Below are positions 9,866 to 19,593 of a stretch of 56,356 nt of DNA, in pieces. Under the pieces are notes generated by a model. It saw nothing but the letters and a program-made list of their open reading frames with translations, ran no database searches and was not told where the DNA came from. The DNA is from Thermoproteota archaeon (GTDB lineage Archaea; Thermoproteota; EX4484-205; JAAOZP01). Numbering within the stretch: position 1 is the first letter of the stretch; each line of letters opens with the position of its first letter. Both the position numbers and the translations under genes were made by a program. The stretch is taken from NCBI GenBank assembly GCA_038848185.1, contig JAWCNV010000013.1:1-56356 (forward strand), written 5' to 3'.

Positions 9866-10959
9866 GCAGTGCAAGCAGTCTATCCAGAAACATAGGTAAG
9901 CTTCTGATTTTCCTCGGAGTACTATGGATATGTCTCAGATACATTGACGTATACGCTCTCCCATCTTACACAGGACCTCTACTGTTGATCGCTGGCGGAA
10001 CGATGATCATAGTCTCCACATTAGCGAGAAGAACAGCTAAATCGACAGTCATCGCTGAAATACTGAGCATTGTTAACATAATTATACTTGCAGTCATAAT
10101 TGCAGTAGCAATATCTTTCATAATATCTTTCCCAGGCTACATCAGGGGGCCATATACTGCCCGAGTTGAGAAAAATCTTCAGGTTGAGATAGAGGATGTG
10201 AACCTAGTTGAGCTCACATTAGGAACAGTATCAGGAGACATTGTGGTTAAGAGTTGTGACGAACCCAGGTTTAACATCAAGATTACTGTGGAGGCAGGAG
10301 GTATAAGTGAGAGTGCTGCAGAATCCTTTGCGAAAAGAATACTGGAGGAGGTTGATTTCAGAAAAGAGGTTAGTAGTAGTGGAGTATTAAGGGTTCAAGT
10401 CTCAACGAAGTCAAGGACATGGGGATGGCTATCGAACTATATGATACATGTTGAGGCATCCATCTATAAGAATCTGAAAATAACTGTGAACACGGACACT
10501 GTAAGTGGAGACACAGTTATAACAGGCTTGACTGGAGAACGCCTCAGCATCGGCTCAGTAAGCGGAGAAGTTAGGATAAACAGCACTTTTGAATCAGTAA
10601 GTATTTCACTCGTAAGTGGAAACCTAGATGGGTCCTTAACCCTTAGAAACTTGGATTTAAACATGGTCAGTGGAAACATTGATTTGACATTGACTCCAAG
10701 TGGAGTGGGAACCTATGATGCGAGTACTGTAAGTGGCGATGTTAGACTTACATTAACCACTGGCGAAAACATTGGATATAAGATAAGTTGCAGCACAGTA
10801 AGCGGAAGTATAAACATATTCAATATTCCCAATATGCTAGTAACATCTAAGGAGGACCGTAGCGAAGAGGCGGTGACCGCAAACTACAATGAGAAAGATA
10901 TTAGAATTACAGTATCAGTATCAACCATAAGTGGAGACATAGGGGTTTCTGGAAAATAG
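9862..10959 (+). CDS. DUF4097 (LiaG/YvlB-like) beta-repeat protein with N-terminal TMs
   Basis: Repeated (T/S/M)VSG(D/N/E)(I/V) motifs about 8 times; three N-terminal TM helices. Confidence 0.85.
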   Translation: MSSASSLSRNIGKLLIFLGVLWICLRYIDVYALPSYTGPLLLIAGGTMIIVSTLARRTAKSTVIAEILSIVNIIILAVIIAVAISFIISFPGYIRGPYTARVEKNLQVEIEDVNLVELTLGTVSGDIVVKSCDEPRFNIKITVEAGGISESAAESFAKRILEEVDFRKEVSSSGVLRVQVSTKSRTWGWLSNYMIHVEASIYKNLKITVNTDTVSGDTVITGLTGERLSIGSVSGEVRINSTFESVSISLVSGNLDGSLTLRNLDLNMVSGNIDLTLTPSGVGTYDASTVSGDVRLTLTTGENIGYKISCSTVSGSINIFNIPNMLVTSKEDRSEEAVTANYNEKDIRITVSVSTISGDIGVSGK

Positions 10960-11000
10960 AGTAGAACTAGAAACAGAGTCCGATCGGCAGTATTAGATTA

Positions 11001-11549
11001 CTACTGTTTAAAACTATTGAAAGAAACTATTTCGCTCAGAGGCTTTCTAGCATCGGGTTCTCTAAAGCCTTCACCAGCAGGATAACCGAGCGGGGTTATA
11101 GCAACCACATTGTACTCCTCAGGTATTCCGAGAACCTCCTTAACCTTACTGTTATCGAATGAGCCTATCCAGCAGGTTCCAAGTCCCTCAGCCCTAGCTG
11201 CAAGAATCAAATGCGTAAAAGCTATTGAAACATCTACAAGCATGCTCATCGAACCCATGTATCCGCCTCTGTTCCACCCGATATCATAACCACACGCAAC
11301 AATAATAACTGGGGCTTCAGCTATGAAAACTTGGTTGCCGCATGCAGGTGCAAGCCTCCTCTTCAAATCTTCATCTTTCACTACTATGAACCTCCAAGGC
11401 TGACGGTTTGAGCCTGAAGGAGCTATTCTCGCAGCATCAAGAATCCTGTTTAATACGTCATCCGGTATAAGATCAGGCTTATAAGACCTTATGCTTCTCC
11501 TAGTCCTCACCACCTCATAGAAATCCATCTTATCCGCCAGCTTTATCAC
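11001..11549 (-). CDS. Nitroreductase family protein
   Basis: RRSIRSY, APSGSNRQPW, AEGLGTCWIG. Confidence 0.93.
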   Translation of the reverse strand: MIKLADKMDFYEVVRTRRSIRSYKPDLIPDDVLNRILDAARIAPSGSNRQPWRFIVVKDEDLKRRLAPACGNQVFIAEAPVIIVACGYDIGWNRGGYMGSMSMLVDVSIAFTHLILAARAEGLGTCWIGSFDNSKVKEVLGIPEEYNVVAITPLGYPAGEGFREPDARKPLSEIVSFNSFKQ

Positions 11550-11726
11550 GATAAAGAGAAGAATAAAAGTTTTAGCATAAGCAATAGAATATTAAATTCA
11601 ACATAAGGCTTCACTTGCTTTTCTAGTTTGGGAAAAGCGTGTGGACAAATAGAAACATTAAATACGCCATTTAGAACCTTTATGTTAAAAAGGTTTACAA
11701 ACGCACGAGTATAGAGATGAGAAAGA

Positions 11727-12635
11727 ATGAAGTTGGATTGCGTCGGTCTCGGATTTAGCTGTGTTGACTTTCTCATTAGAATTCCATATATACCTTCTTT
11801 TAGAGAACAATCTTTCACTCCTGTTTTAAACTTCGAAATTCAGGGCGGAGGACCTGTTTCAACAGGACTAGTCGCAATGTCTCGGCTTGGAGCTAAAGTA
11901 GGGTACATTGGTAAGGTTGGTGATGACCAGTGGGGAGAGGTTATCCGAAGAGAATTTGCTAAGTATGGAGTGGACACTACTCGTTTAGCCGTTGACAAGG
12001 GGAAAAGAAGCAATTGCTCATTCGTGCTGATAGAGGCATCTACAGGAGAAAGGGTCTTTATGGTTTTCCCGTCTGATGTTTCACCCTTAGAACTAACCGA
12101 GAAAGACGAAGACTATATTAAAAATTCAAGGATGCTGTTTCTCGATGGAAGCGGTGGGCAAGCAGCAGTAAAGGCTGCGAAAATAGCTAAAGAGAAGGGC
12201 TTAATAGTCTTTATAGACGGCTTGGCAATTGGAGAGCTTAAGGGTTTAGTGGATATAGCTATCTGTAGCGAACAGACGGCGTATAGGGCTGCTGACACTA
12301 GGAATCCTGAAGACGCCTTGGAGAAGCTTTACCAGGAAGAATATAGAATTCTCGGAGTCACCTTAGGTCCTGGAGGCAGCATATTCCGGGAGGGAAATAA
12401 AATCTACAGGCAAACAGCTTTCAAAGTGAAGGCCGTAGACACAACGGGTGCAGGAGACGTATTTCACGGCGCTTTCGCTTACGGCGTGCTGCAGGGCTGG
12501 AGTCTCGAGAAAACTGCCGAGTTCGCAAGCGCCGTTTCAGCACTCAAATGTATGAAGATCGGCGGGAGAGCAGGCATACCGTCCATCAATGAGACTCTAA
12601 TTTTCCTTAAGGAGCAAGGAAGCAGATTCTTTTAA
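11727..12635 (+). CDS. PfkB/ribokinase-family sugar kinase (YihV/sulfofructose kinase-like)
   Basis: GGGPVSTG...GKVGDD; DTTGAGDVFHG; C-terminal LKCMKIGGRAGIP resembles E. coli YihV. Confidence 0.88.
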   Translation: MKLDCVGLGFSCVDFLIRIPYIPSFREQSFTPVLNFEIQGGGPVSTGLVAMSRLGAKVGYIGKVGDDQWGEVIRREFAKYGVDTTRLAVDKGKRSNCSFVLIEASTGERVFMVFPSDVSPLELTEKDEDYIKNSRMLFLDGSGGQAAVKAAKIAKEKGLIVFIDGLAIGELKGLVDIAICSEQTAYRAADTRNPEDALEKLYQEEYRILGVTLGPGGSIFREGNKIYRQTAFKVKAVDTTGAGDVFHGAFAYGVLQGWSLEKTAEFASAVSALKCMKIGGRAGIPSINETLIFLKEQGSRFF

Positions 12636-12692
12636 TTAGAAAAACTTATACGGATAGAATAATCTAGAAGAACAATCTCCGGAGGGGTAATC

Positions 12693-13415
12693 TTGAGCCA
12701 TATAGGAAAAAGCGTTAGAGCATCTAGATTCTTCAAGGAAGACGGAAGGACGCTAATAGTACCCATGGAAACGCTTGGAGAAAGACCTTGGAGCGAAATT
12801 CTTCGAGAAGTAATTAATGCTGGAGCTGACGCTATCCTTGTCACCTATGGTATACTTCGGCAATATTACCGAGACATTGCCGGTAAGATACCTTTCATAC
12901 TTACCACACCTATTGACTGTCCTGAATATGTTGAAATTGCAAGTAAGGTTGGTGCGGATGGGGTTAAAGTGCACTATTTTGGGCAACTCAAAGAGTTACC
13001 TATGACGCGGATTGCGTTGATAGCTAAGGAATGCGATATGAGAGGATTACCATTGCTCTTCGAGCCTGTTCCGATGAAGGAAAACGAGATAGATGTAAAC
13101 CCTGAAGCTTTGAAGCTTGCGGTAAGACAAGCAGTGTCCTTAGGAGCAGACATCGTAAAGATTTACAGTGAACCTCAAGCATTCGCGGAAATTACGAAAT
13201 CATGTCCAATTCCAGTAGTCATAGCAGGGGGACCAATAACTACAGATCAAGAGACGCTTAAGATGATTAAGGATGCGGTTGACAATGGTGCTTCAGGTGC
13301 AGCCTTCGGAAGAAGAATCACACAACACAAGACACCAGGTAAGATGTGCAAAGCCATAGCAAGGATCATACATGAAAACTGCACGGTTGAGAAAGCAATG
13401 AAAGAACTGGAATAG
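12693..13415 (+). CDS. Class I aldolase, DhnA/FbaB/LsrF-like
   Basis: LGADIVK Schiff-base Lys, PVVIAGGP, GAAFGRRI; TTG start after GGAGGGG. Confidence 0.85.
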   Translation: MSHIGKSVRASRFFKEDGRTLIVPMETLGERPWSEILREVINAGADAILVTYGILRQYYRDIAGKIPFILTTPIDCPEYVEIASKVGADGVKVHYFGQLKELPMTRIALIAKECDMRGLPLLFEPVPMKENEIDVNPEALKLAVRQAVSLGADIVKIYSEPQAFAEITKSCPIPVVIAGGPITTDQETLKMIKDAVDNGASGAAFGRRITQHKTPGKMCKAIARIIHENCTVEKAMKELE

Positions 13416-13511
13416 CTTTTTAGAAACATGATTTTAAGTACTTACTCGCCAAATAGTAATCCTTCTGCCTACTTCCTCCATAAAGAAAAAGAGGGAAAAA
13501 GCATCGGGACA

Positions 13512-14432
13512 CTAGCACGGCGGTGGAGGGGGAGGTGGGGCATATGTGGGCGGAGGTGCAGACTTCCTTCTTAATAGCAACACCACTACAACTACCACAG
13601 CCACTGCTACACCAGCACTGATTACTAGAAGCCACGGAATCTCGGTTGAAGGAGCAGGAGTTTGCGTAGGAGTTGGTGTAGGCGTGGAGGTTGGTGTTGC
13701 AGTTGGAGTAGCGGTTGGTGTAGGAGTTGAAATTGGCTCTGAATTAATAAATTCAATTGATAAAAGCACATATTCCGTCTGGTCACCTTCTTCTGACTCA
13801 AAATAGATGCGGACAATAATGTTGCCGAAGCTGACAGGAGCATACCAGTATTCAGCGATTCCATGCCAAGCTGGCGGAGCATCAGCATACCCTTCCCACC
13901 TGTATTTATAGACCAAGAGTCGAGTAGGGCCGAATGTCTGAACCTCTGAACCTAAGGATATGAAACGCCCATATCCAGCTTCCGCTCCCCTACGCTCCGT
14001 GTCAAAGTCTAAATAATCTTCTCGCGAAGCCACCCAAGCAGACCAAGCGTTCAACATACCCCCTCCGTAAAACCGAGCAAGGTCTCCAGTATATGTTTCA
14101 CCCTCAAACTCAGCTTTTAGAAACTCACCCGTTGACTTTGAAATCCATAGAACCAAGGTTTGCGGCTCAAGCGTATCCTCAGCATACTTCCATTCAACCC
14201 TCCATGTTGCCTCCCCATCAACAGAATCATCTCCAAGTATTCGAAAGCCTATTTCTCCACTATCTCCCCCACTAGACGAGTAACGATAATGTGCTGACTT
14301 AATTCTATTCAACAAGACTATTATGCTATCGTAAACTGATTCTTCCGCCTCTAATATCCTGAGGCCCCCGATAATTGAAAACGCTACTACAACTATTAGA
14401 CAAAAAATAATTGCTTTCTTGACTTCCGCCAT
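13512..14432 (-). CDS. Secreted/surface protein with Thr-Pro linker, C-terminal TM anchor and polyproline tail (paralog A)
   Basis: Signal-like N terminus, PT-rich linker, TM, RRKSAPPPTYAPPPPPPPC. Confidence 0.85.
   Translation of the reverse strand: MAEVKKAIIFCLIVVVAFSIIGGLRILEAEESVYDSIIVLLNRIKSAHYRYSSSGGDSGEIGFRILGDDSVDGEATWRVEWKYAEDTLEPQTLVLWISKSTGEFLKAEFEGETYTGDLARFYGGGMLNAWSAWVASREDYLDFDTERRGAEAGYGRFISLGSEVQTFGPTRLLVYKYRWEGYADAPPAWHGIAEYWYAPVSFGNIIVRIYFESEEGDQTEYVLLSIEFINSEPISTPTPTATPTATPTSTPTPTPTQTPAPSTEIPWLLVISAGVAVAVVVVVVLLLRRKSAPPPTYAPPPPPPPC
13640..13737 (-). repeat. Thr-Pro low-complexity linker (paralog A)
   Basis: Encodes PISTPTPTATPTATPTSTPTPTPTQTPAPSTE. Confidence 0.8.
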
Positions 14433-14599
14433 TTTAAAGAGTTAAAACACTATAATTATTTAAAGATTATGTTGCCTTCGAAATGTAAAAAATTCAACAA
14501 ACGCTTTTCCTCTTTTTCTAAAAACATATCCTATACCTTTCTGTAGACTTACAAGTAATAGAAACGATAGAAAAATAAGGGAATTGTTTGGAAGATTTT

Positions 14600-15634
14600 T
14601 TATGGTGGTGGCGGTGGTGGAGGAGGAGCAGTATATGCTGGCGGAGGCGCCGGTTTCTTCCTCCTTAAGAGTATTACTATCACGATTATGACTGCTACTG
14701 CTGCAACAACACCAATAATGATAAGCGTGTCAGGAGGAAGCCCGAGAGTCGGGGTAGGAGTGGGTGTGGCGGTAGGCGTTGGAGTAGGAGTTGGTGTAGG
14801 TGTTGAGGTTGGTGTAGGCGTAGGTGTAGTCGTGGGAGTTGCAGTTGGAGTAGCGGTTGGTGTAGGAGTTGATGTGGGTGTTGATGTTGGAGTAGGGGTT
14901 GATGTAGGTGGAGGAGTAGGCTGCGGGCTCGTCAGATCAATAGATAAAAGTTCTATTTGCCCCCAATCTCCCTCGGATTCCCAGTAAAGTTTGACGATAA
15001 TAGAGCCGAAGCTAACAGGAGCGTACCACCATTCTGTAGTTCCTTGATAATCCTCTGGAGCAGACGCGTATGCTTCCCAACGATACTTGTACACCGTAAG
15101 CAGAGTAGGGCCTATTGTTTTAAGCTCCGTGCCGAGGAAGCTTAATGTGCCGTATCCAAGTGCCTCATACTGGTGAACTGTCTCATAACTCCACATTTCC
15201 GAATATGCGCCGACCCAAGCAAACCAAGCAAGTAGCATAAGGCCGCCGAACATCTCAGCAGTCTCTCCTGTATATGTCACTCCCTCCGTCTCTACCTTCA
15301 AGCATTTGCCTGTTGACTTTGAAATCCACAGAATCATGATTTGCGGCGTCTCACCTTCCTCAGCATACGACCATTCAACTTTCCACGTTGCTTCACCACC
15401 AACAGAATCATCTCCAAGTATTCGAAAGCCTATTTCCCCAGGAGTTGAATCACTAGCCGAGAAACGGTATTTTGCTGATCTGACATTGTTTAAAAGTACT
15501 ACAAGATCCTCATAATTTTCATCTTCCTGCGCGTATGAAACCAGTAGGTTTCCTCCGGTTGACGAAATTATTGTTAGAATAATCAAGCAAAGTGCAATTG
15601 GCTTATGAATATTTACATCCCGTATTAAACTCAT
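14600..15634 (-). CDS. Secreted/surface protein with long Thr-Pro linker, TM anchor and polyproline tail (paralog B)
   Basis: Clear homolog of 13512..14432 (GEIGFRILGDDSV.GEATW, LWISKSTG, YKYRWE, WYAPVSFG); ends RRKKPAPPPAYTAPPPPPPPP. Confidence 0.87.
   Translation of the reverse strand: MSLIRDVNIHKPIALCLIILTIISSTGGNLLVSYAQEDENYEDLVVLLNNVRSAKYRFSASDSTPGEIGFRILGDDSVGGEATWKVEWSYAEEGETPQIMILWISKSTGKCLKVETEGVTYTGETAEMFGGLMLLAWFAWVGAYSEMWSYETVHQYEALGYGTLSFLGTELKTIGPTLLTVYKYRWEAYASAPEDYQGTTEWWYAPVSFGSIIVKLYWESEGDWGQIELLSIDLTSPQPTPPPTSTPTPTSTPTSTPTPTATPTATPTTTPTPTPTSTPTPTPTPTPTATPTPTPTLGLPPDTLIIIGVVAAVAVIIVIVILLRRKKPAPPPAYTAPPPPPPPP
14747..14926 (-). repeat. About 60-codon Thr-Pro repeat linker (paralog B)
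   Basis: PTPPPTSTPTPTSTPTSTPTPTATPTATPTTTPTPTPTSTPTPTPTPTPTATPTPTPT. Confidence 0.85.
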
Positions 15635-15889
15635 TTCGGATGTTAATAGTCAACAGCTATATAAACATTGCTTTTAACAGGTTTAGAGCACTATGGCTCT
15701 AACTCAAAAGAGGGTTAAACATTCTTAACGCTATTTGCAAAAAGGATTTTCGTAAAAAGTCTTTAAGGTCAGAATAACTCTACCAGTAATTATTTCGCGT
15801 TTTTCTCAGAACAAGTTTACAAGCCTTAGCTTCCTTTAAGATGCTAAACCCTTAAATAAGAACCCTGTTTTCTCATAGCGAAGACCTTT

Positions 15890-16564
15890 ATGAAAAAGGG
15901 TTTGAGTGCCGAAGATGTTGCAACTTCTATATTGGAGAACCTTGGTTTCTCAATCTTGGAGAGGAGGAAATCTGTGATTGTTGGAGGAGTCAAAGTTGCG
16001 GAGGTAGATATAGTTGCTAAAGACCCTGAGGGGAACGTTTTAACTGTGGAGGTGAAGTCGGGGAAGGCGTCTGTAACTGATGTCCGGCAGGTTTTCAGCA
16101 ACTCTAAGCTTTTAAACGCTAAGCCCCTCTTAATCTGTAAAGGCTTCGCAGACTCTTCTGCAGTCAGCTTGGCCAGTGAGCTTGAGGTAAGATATCTTCT
16201 TCTACCCGAATACTACCTTTTCACCCTAGAGGACTTCAAGGAGGTTGCTAACGAAGTAATATATGGAATACTAACCCTATACTTATCACTAGACATTGAC
16301 AACATGACTGAGGAAGATTTGAAGATTATTGAAACTGTCTCCAGCTCAAATAGTTTCAGCGAAGCTGCTGCGAAACTAAACATTTCTGAAGAAGAATTAG
16401 GGAAACAGATTTCAAACATAGGTTTTTTTAAAACTGGAGAAAAGCATACGTTCAACAATTTAAAGCTGCAGGCATTACTCATTAAGAACAGGCTTAATCA
16501 GAAGAAACAGCTGGAAAACATTGAGAGAAAGATTGACAGGCTGGAAAAGAAAATCGAGAATTAA
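15890..16564 (+). CDS. PD-(D/E)XK restriction endonuclease-like protein (Mrr/YraN/RecB-like) with C-terminal HTH-like and coiled-coil regions
   Basis: AEDVA...EVDIVA...VEVKSG...VRQ; FSEAAAKLNIS; LENIERKIDRLEKKI. Confidence 0.78.
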   Translation: MKKGLSAEDVATSILENLGFSILERRKSVIVGGVKVAEVDIVAKDPEGNVLTVEVKSGKASVTDVRQVFSNSKLLNAKPLLICKGFADSSAVSLASELEVRYLLLPEYYLFTLEDFKEVANEVIYGILTLYLSLDIDNMTEEDLKIIETVSSSNSFSEAAAKLNISEEELGKQISNIGFFKTGEKHTFNNLKLQALLIKNRLNQKKQLENIERKIDRLEKKIEN

Positions 16565-16593
16565 AATGATTAGGAAAAAAGAAAATAGTTTGT

Positions 16594-17286
16594 TTATTTT
16601 GCCTCTTGCTTAAGTTTCCTGTAGCAGAACCACCAGTCGAAACATTCGAATTCGCCTGATTTAACCTTCTCAAGACGGTTTTTCGCTGTCTCCACATCCC
16701 TAGCCGGAGGGATGATGACTTGATCCTTAATCAACTCATTGCTCGGCCAGTTAGCGGGCATTGCAACACCATTTTTATCGGCTATCTGTATGGCTTCAAC
16801 AATTCTTAAAATTTCATCCATGTTTCTACCCAGCTCCTGCGGATAATAAAGGATGACACGTATTTTCCCCTTTTCATCAACCACGAAAACCGCTCTAACA
16901 GTGTTAGTACCCTTTCCAGGGTGTATAAGCCCAAGCGTTTTGGCAACTTCACCAGTGTCAGCTATTATCGGAAACTTTACCTCGACGCTGAGCTTCTCCT
17001 TTATCCAATTTACCCAATTTATGTGAGAGAAAACCTGGTCGACACTAAGACCAATCAGCTCGCAGTTCAATGCCTTAAACCTGTCGTATCTCTTTTGAAA
17101 AGCAACGAACTCTGTTGTACAGACAGGTGTAAAGTCTCCGGGGTGGCTGAAGAGTATGAACCATTTTCCTGAAAAAGCTTTAGGAAGCTCCATTATTCCA
17201 TGTGTTGTTTGAACTTTCATTGTTGGAAAATCTTCGCCTAGAAGAGGCATGCCTCTTCCCTCAATCTCCATAATCCTCTCTTCCAT
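16594..17286 (-). CDS. Peroxiredoxin (archaeal Prx6/TDXH type)
   Basis: [23 protein letters not shown]-terminal ECFDWWFC. Confidence 0.96.
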   Translation of the reverse strand: MEERIMEIEGRGMPLLGEDFPTMKVQTTHGIMELPKAFSGKWFILFSHPGDFTPVCTTEFVAFQKRYDRFKALNCELIGLSVDQVFSHINWVNWIKEKLSVEVKFPIIADTGEVAKTLGLIHPGKGTNTVRAVFVVDEKGKIRVILYYPQELGRNMDEILRIVEAIQIADKNGVAMPANWPSNELIKDQVIIPPARDVETAKNRLEKVKSGEFECFDWWFCYRKLKQEAK

Positions 17287-17361
17287 TTCTTACCACTAAT
17301 GCTCTTGTTTTTCACCCAAGATATAGGTTTTCCCCGAATTAATTTTCGAATTTAGCGATAT

Positions 17362-18894
17362 TTAACTCCAGGCAATCCTGTATTCAGGTATTTTCCCAAG
17401 TAGCATTCCACCTATTGGCACTGGAATAAGCTTCTGAGCTAGGGCTTTAGCCCTTTCAAGCTTCATGCTGCTTTCAGCATAGATAGTATAAAGCTTATCT
17501 CCTTTTTTAACTTGGCTTCCCATTTTCTGCCATATAATCATTCCCGCCCCCTTATCCTTAGGTGCTCCCGCTGTACGGCATATCTGTGTCACAGCAGTAT
17601 TGCTGACTGTTTGAACATACCCGTCTTCCCAAGCAGTTGCATCATAACTGTATTTCCCAATCTTAATGTCTTCAGAAGTGATGCTAGGGTTACCGCCCTG
17701 AGCCTCCATTATCTCCTTAAGCTTCGAAAGTGCTCTACCGCTTCTCAGCGTTTCCTCAGCAAGCTCTCTTCCCCCACCTCTTTCAGCGACGCCAGCCACC
17801 TCTAGGAGTATGCCAGCTAGAGCACACGACTTCTCCACAAGGCTGCGGGGCGCGTATTTTCCTTCCAGAGCCATCAGGGCTTCCCTAGCTTCAAGTGCTG
17901 GTCCAACAGCTCTTCCCAACGGTTGTGAACCATAGGTTATTGCACATTCAACCCTTATTCCTACTCTCCTCCCGAGCTCTATGAAGTCTTGAGCCAGCCT
18001 CCTAGCTTCATCCTCAGTCTCAACCTTTGCACCCCTTCCAGTCGGAATGTCTATGAGGAGGAGTTCTACGCCAGCAGCCTTCTTCTTAGCTATGACTGAT
18101 GCAAGTACTTGGGGCTTAGGATCTATGGAGAGCGGGTATTCAACCCTGATTATCTTGTCGTCGGCAGGAGCAAGGTTTACGCTTCCACCCCAGACAAGGG
18201 TTCCGCCAACATTTTCAGCAATATGCTTTATCTTCTGAACAGTATGAGATACGGGTGCCAGCACCTCCATCGTGTCAGCTATCCCAGATGGGCTTGTTAT
18301 GGCTCTTGAAGAGGTTTTAGGTATTGTAACACCATTAGCTGCAACTATGGGGACTGTGAGAAGAGCATACTTGTTCCCGGGTATTCCTCCAATGCTGTGA
18401 ACATCCACTATTGGAGACTTGTCGAATTTTATTACGTCTCCTGTTTCCACCATTGCGTTCACCATGTCGGTTACTTCATCCATATCCATGCTGCGAATCG
18501 TGATTGCACTCACGTATGCTGAAAGCTCTACGTCTGAAAGACTATTATCCACAATATCCTTAATTATCGCCCGTATTTCGTTACTCGCGAGTTTTTGACC
18601 ATCCATCTTCTTCCTGATGTATTGCAGGGAGGATGGTCTTTCCCCAGGCACAGCGTTAACAATGTCACCTTCCTTAAGCCTAAGGGCATCAGCCACTTCG
18701 GAGAAAACCCCTATTTCCCCTTGTCCTATCAATGTGTCGGTTATGTTTACGACAGACGTTAACGAACCGTTTTCACAAGAGATTTTGACGCGATCCAGCG
18801 GATGAACCCCAAGCTCCTCAGCATCCTCAACATTAAGGAGAACCTCATAAGCCCCCTGCTTGATGTCGATAAGCCGTACTTTAAACATTTGCAT
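17362..18894 (-). CDS. deoA: AMP (NMP) phosphorylase
   Basis: N-terminal double-psi-barrel-like extension, DVHSIGGIPGNK, KTSSRAITSPSG, GAPKDKGAG; 510 aa. Confidence 0.93.
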   Translation of the reverse strand: MQMFKVRLIDIKQGAYEVLLNVEDAEELGVHPLDRVKISCENGSLTSVVNITDTLIGQGEIGVFSEVADALRLKEGDIVNAVPGERPSSLQYIRKKMDGQKLASNEIRAIIKDIVDNSLSDVELSAYVSAITIRSMDMDEVTDMVNAMVETGDVIKFDKSPIVDVHSIGGIPGNKYALLTVPIVAANGVTIPKTSSRAITSPSGIADTMEVLAPVSHTVQKIKHIAENVGGTLVWGGSVNLAPADDKIIRVEYPLSIDPKPQVLASVIAKKKAAGVELLLIDIPTGRGAKVETEDEARRLAQDFIELGRRVGIRVECAITYGSQPLGRAVGPALEAREALMALEGKYAPRSLVEKSCALAGILLEVAGVAERGGGRELAEETLRSGRALSKLKEIMEAQGGNPSITSEDIKIGKYSYDATAWEDGYVQTVSNTAVTQICRTAGAPKDKGAGMIIWQKMGSQVKKGDKLYTIYAESSMKLERAKALAQKLIPVPIGGMLLGKIPEYRIAWS

Positions 18895-18937
18895 TATACA
18901 TAGGAAGAAGGCTTTTTAACTTTTCAAGAAGACAGCT

Positions 18938-19516
18938 CTAAGCAGTTTTGAAACTTATAGAAACACCTTCTTCAGTCGGCACTATAATTGTTTTCCACCC
19001 GTTCCCAGATGCTTCGTTTAAAAAGGCATTGACAGACCCATAATGGCGATTCACATTATGTGCAAGAACTACTCCCCCAACCAGAATACTATCTTTAATC
19101 AATTGGAAGAGATTCAAGTAGTGTTCTTTCTCGATGTCTATAAAAACAAAATTTAACTTGTTTTCAACATTCCGAGCATATTCCATTACATCACCGTTAA
19201 CAGGGATAATCAAGCGGCTTAAGCCATACTTGCCAACAAGCTCTTTAAGCCTCCTGAATCTTTGAATATTTTTCTCGACAGCATAAATCCTGCCCTCTCC
19301 ACCAGATTCGTAAAGGGCTTTCGCCACCCATACTGTCGAGAAACCGGCTCCGGCACCAGCATCAATAGCCTGCAGTCCTCCAAATCTTAAAGCAGTCAAG
19401 TATGCCACCGAGTATATGACGTAAGTATCATCCCTTCTTATTACTGGAACATTCAACTTCAAAGAGTTACCTAATGCCTCTTCTATCACTTCATCCCAAT
19501 CGAGGTGGCTCATCAA
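18938..19516 (-). CDS. Class I SAM-dependent O-methyltransferase
   Basis: IDAGAGAGFST motif I, FVFIDIEKEHY, GGVVLAHN. Confidence 0.88.
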   Translation of the reverse strand: MMSHLDWDEVIEEALGNSLKLNVPVIRRDDTYVIYSVAYLTALRFGGLQAIDAGAGAGFSTVWVAKALYESGGEGRIYAVEKNIQRFRRLKELVGKYGLSRLIIPVNGDVMEYARNVENKLNFVFIDIEKEHYLNLFQLIKDSILVGGVVLAHNVNRHYGSVNAFLNEASGNGWKTIIVPTEEGVSISFKTA

Positions 19517-19593
19517 GCAAAAATAAAGCTACCATACTTTAAACATTTTTCAAGTAAGGCTTATGAGATGGCAGGACTTTCTGAAGTAGGCAA

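Noticed and set aside
11546-11818. 90-aa minus ORF upstream of the nitroreductase
   Set aside because: It spans the divergent promoter region and the antisense start of the kinase; the composition is not protein-like
13546-14987. Plus-strand ORFs rich in GV repeats (13546..13806, 14688..14987)
   Set aside because: They are antisense shadows of the Thr-Pro linkers of the real minus-strand genes
15683-15702. Inverted repeat TTAGAGC-N6-GCTCTAA upstream of surface protein paralog B
   Set aside because: Single 7-bp-arm occurrence with no second copy found upstream of paralog A; could be chance
15890-16564. Nuclease as part of a defence or mobile island
   Set aside because: No DNA methyltransferase, integrase, transposase or other defence gene is adjacent; it looks like a solitary archaeal PD-(D/E)XK protein
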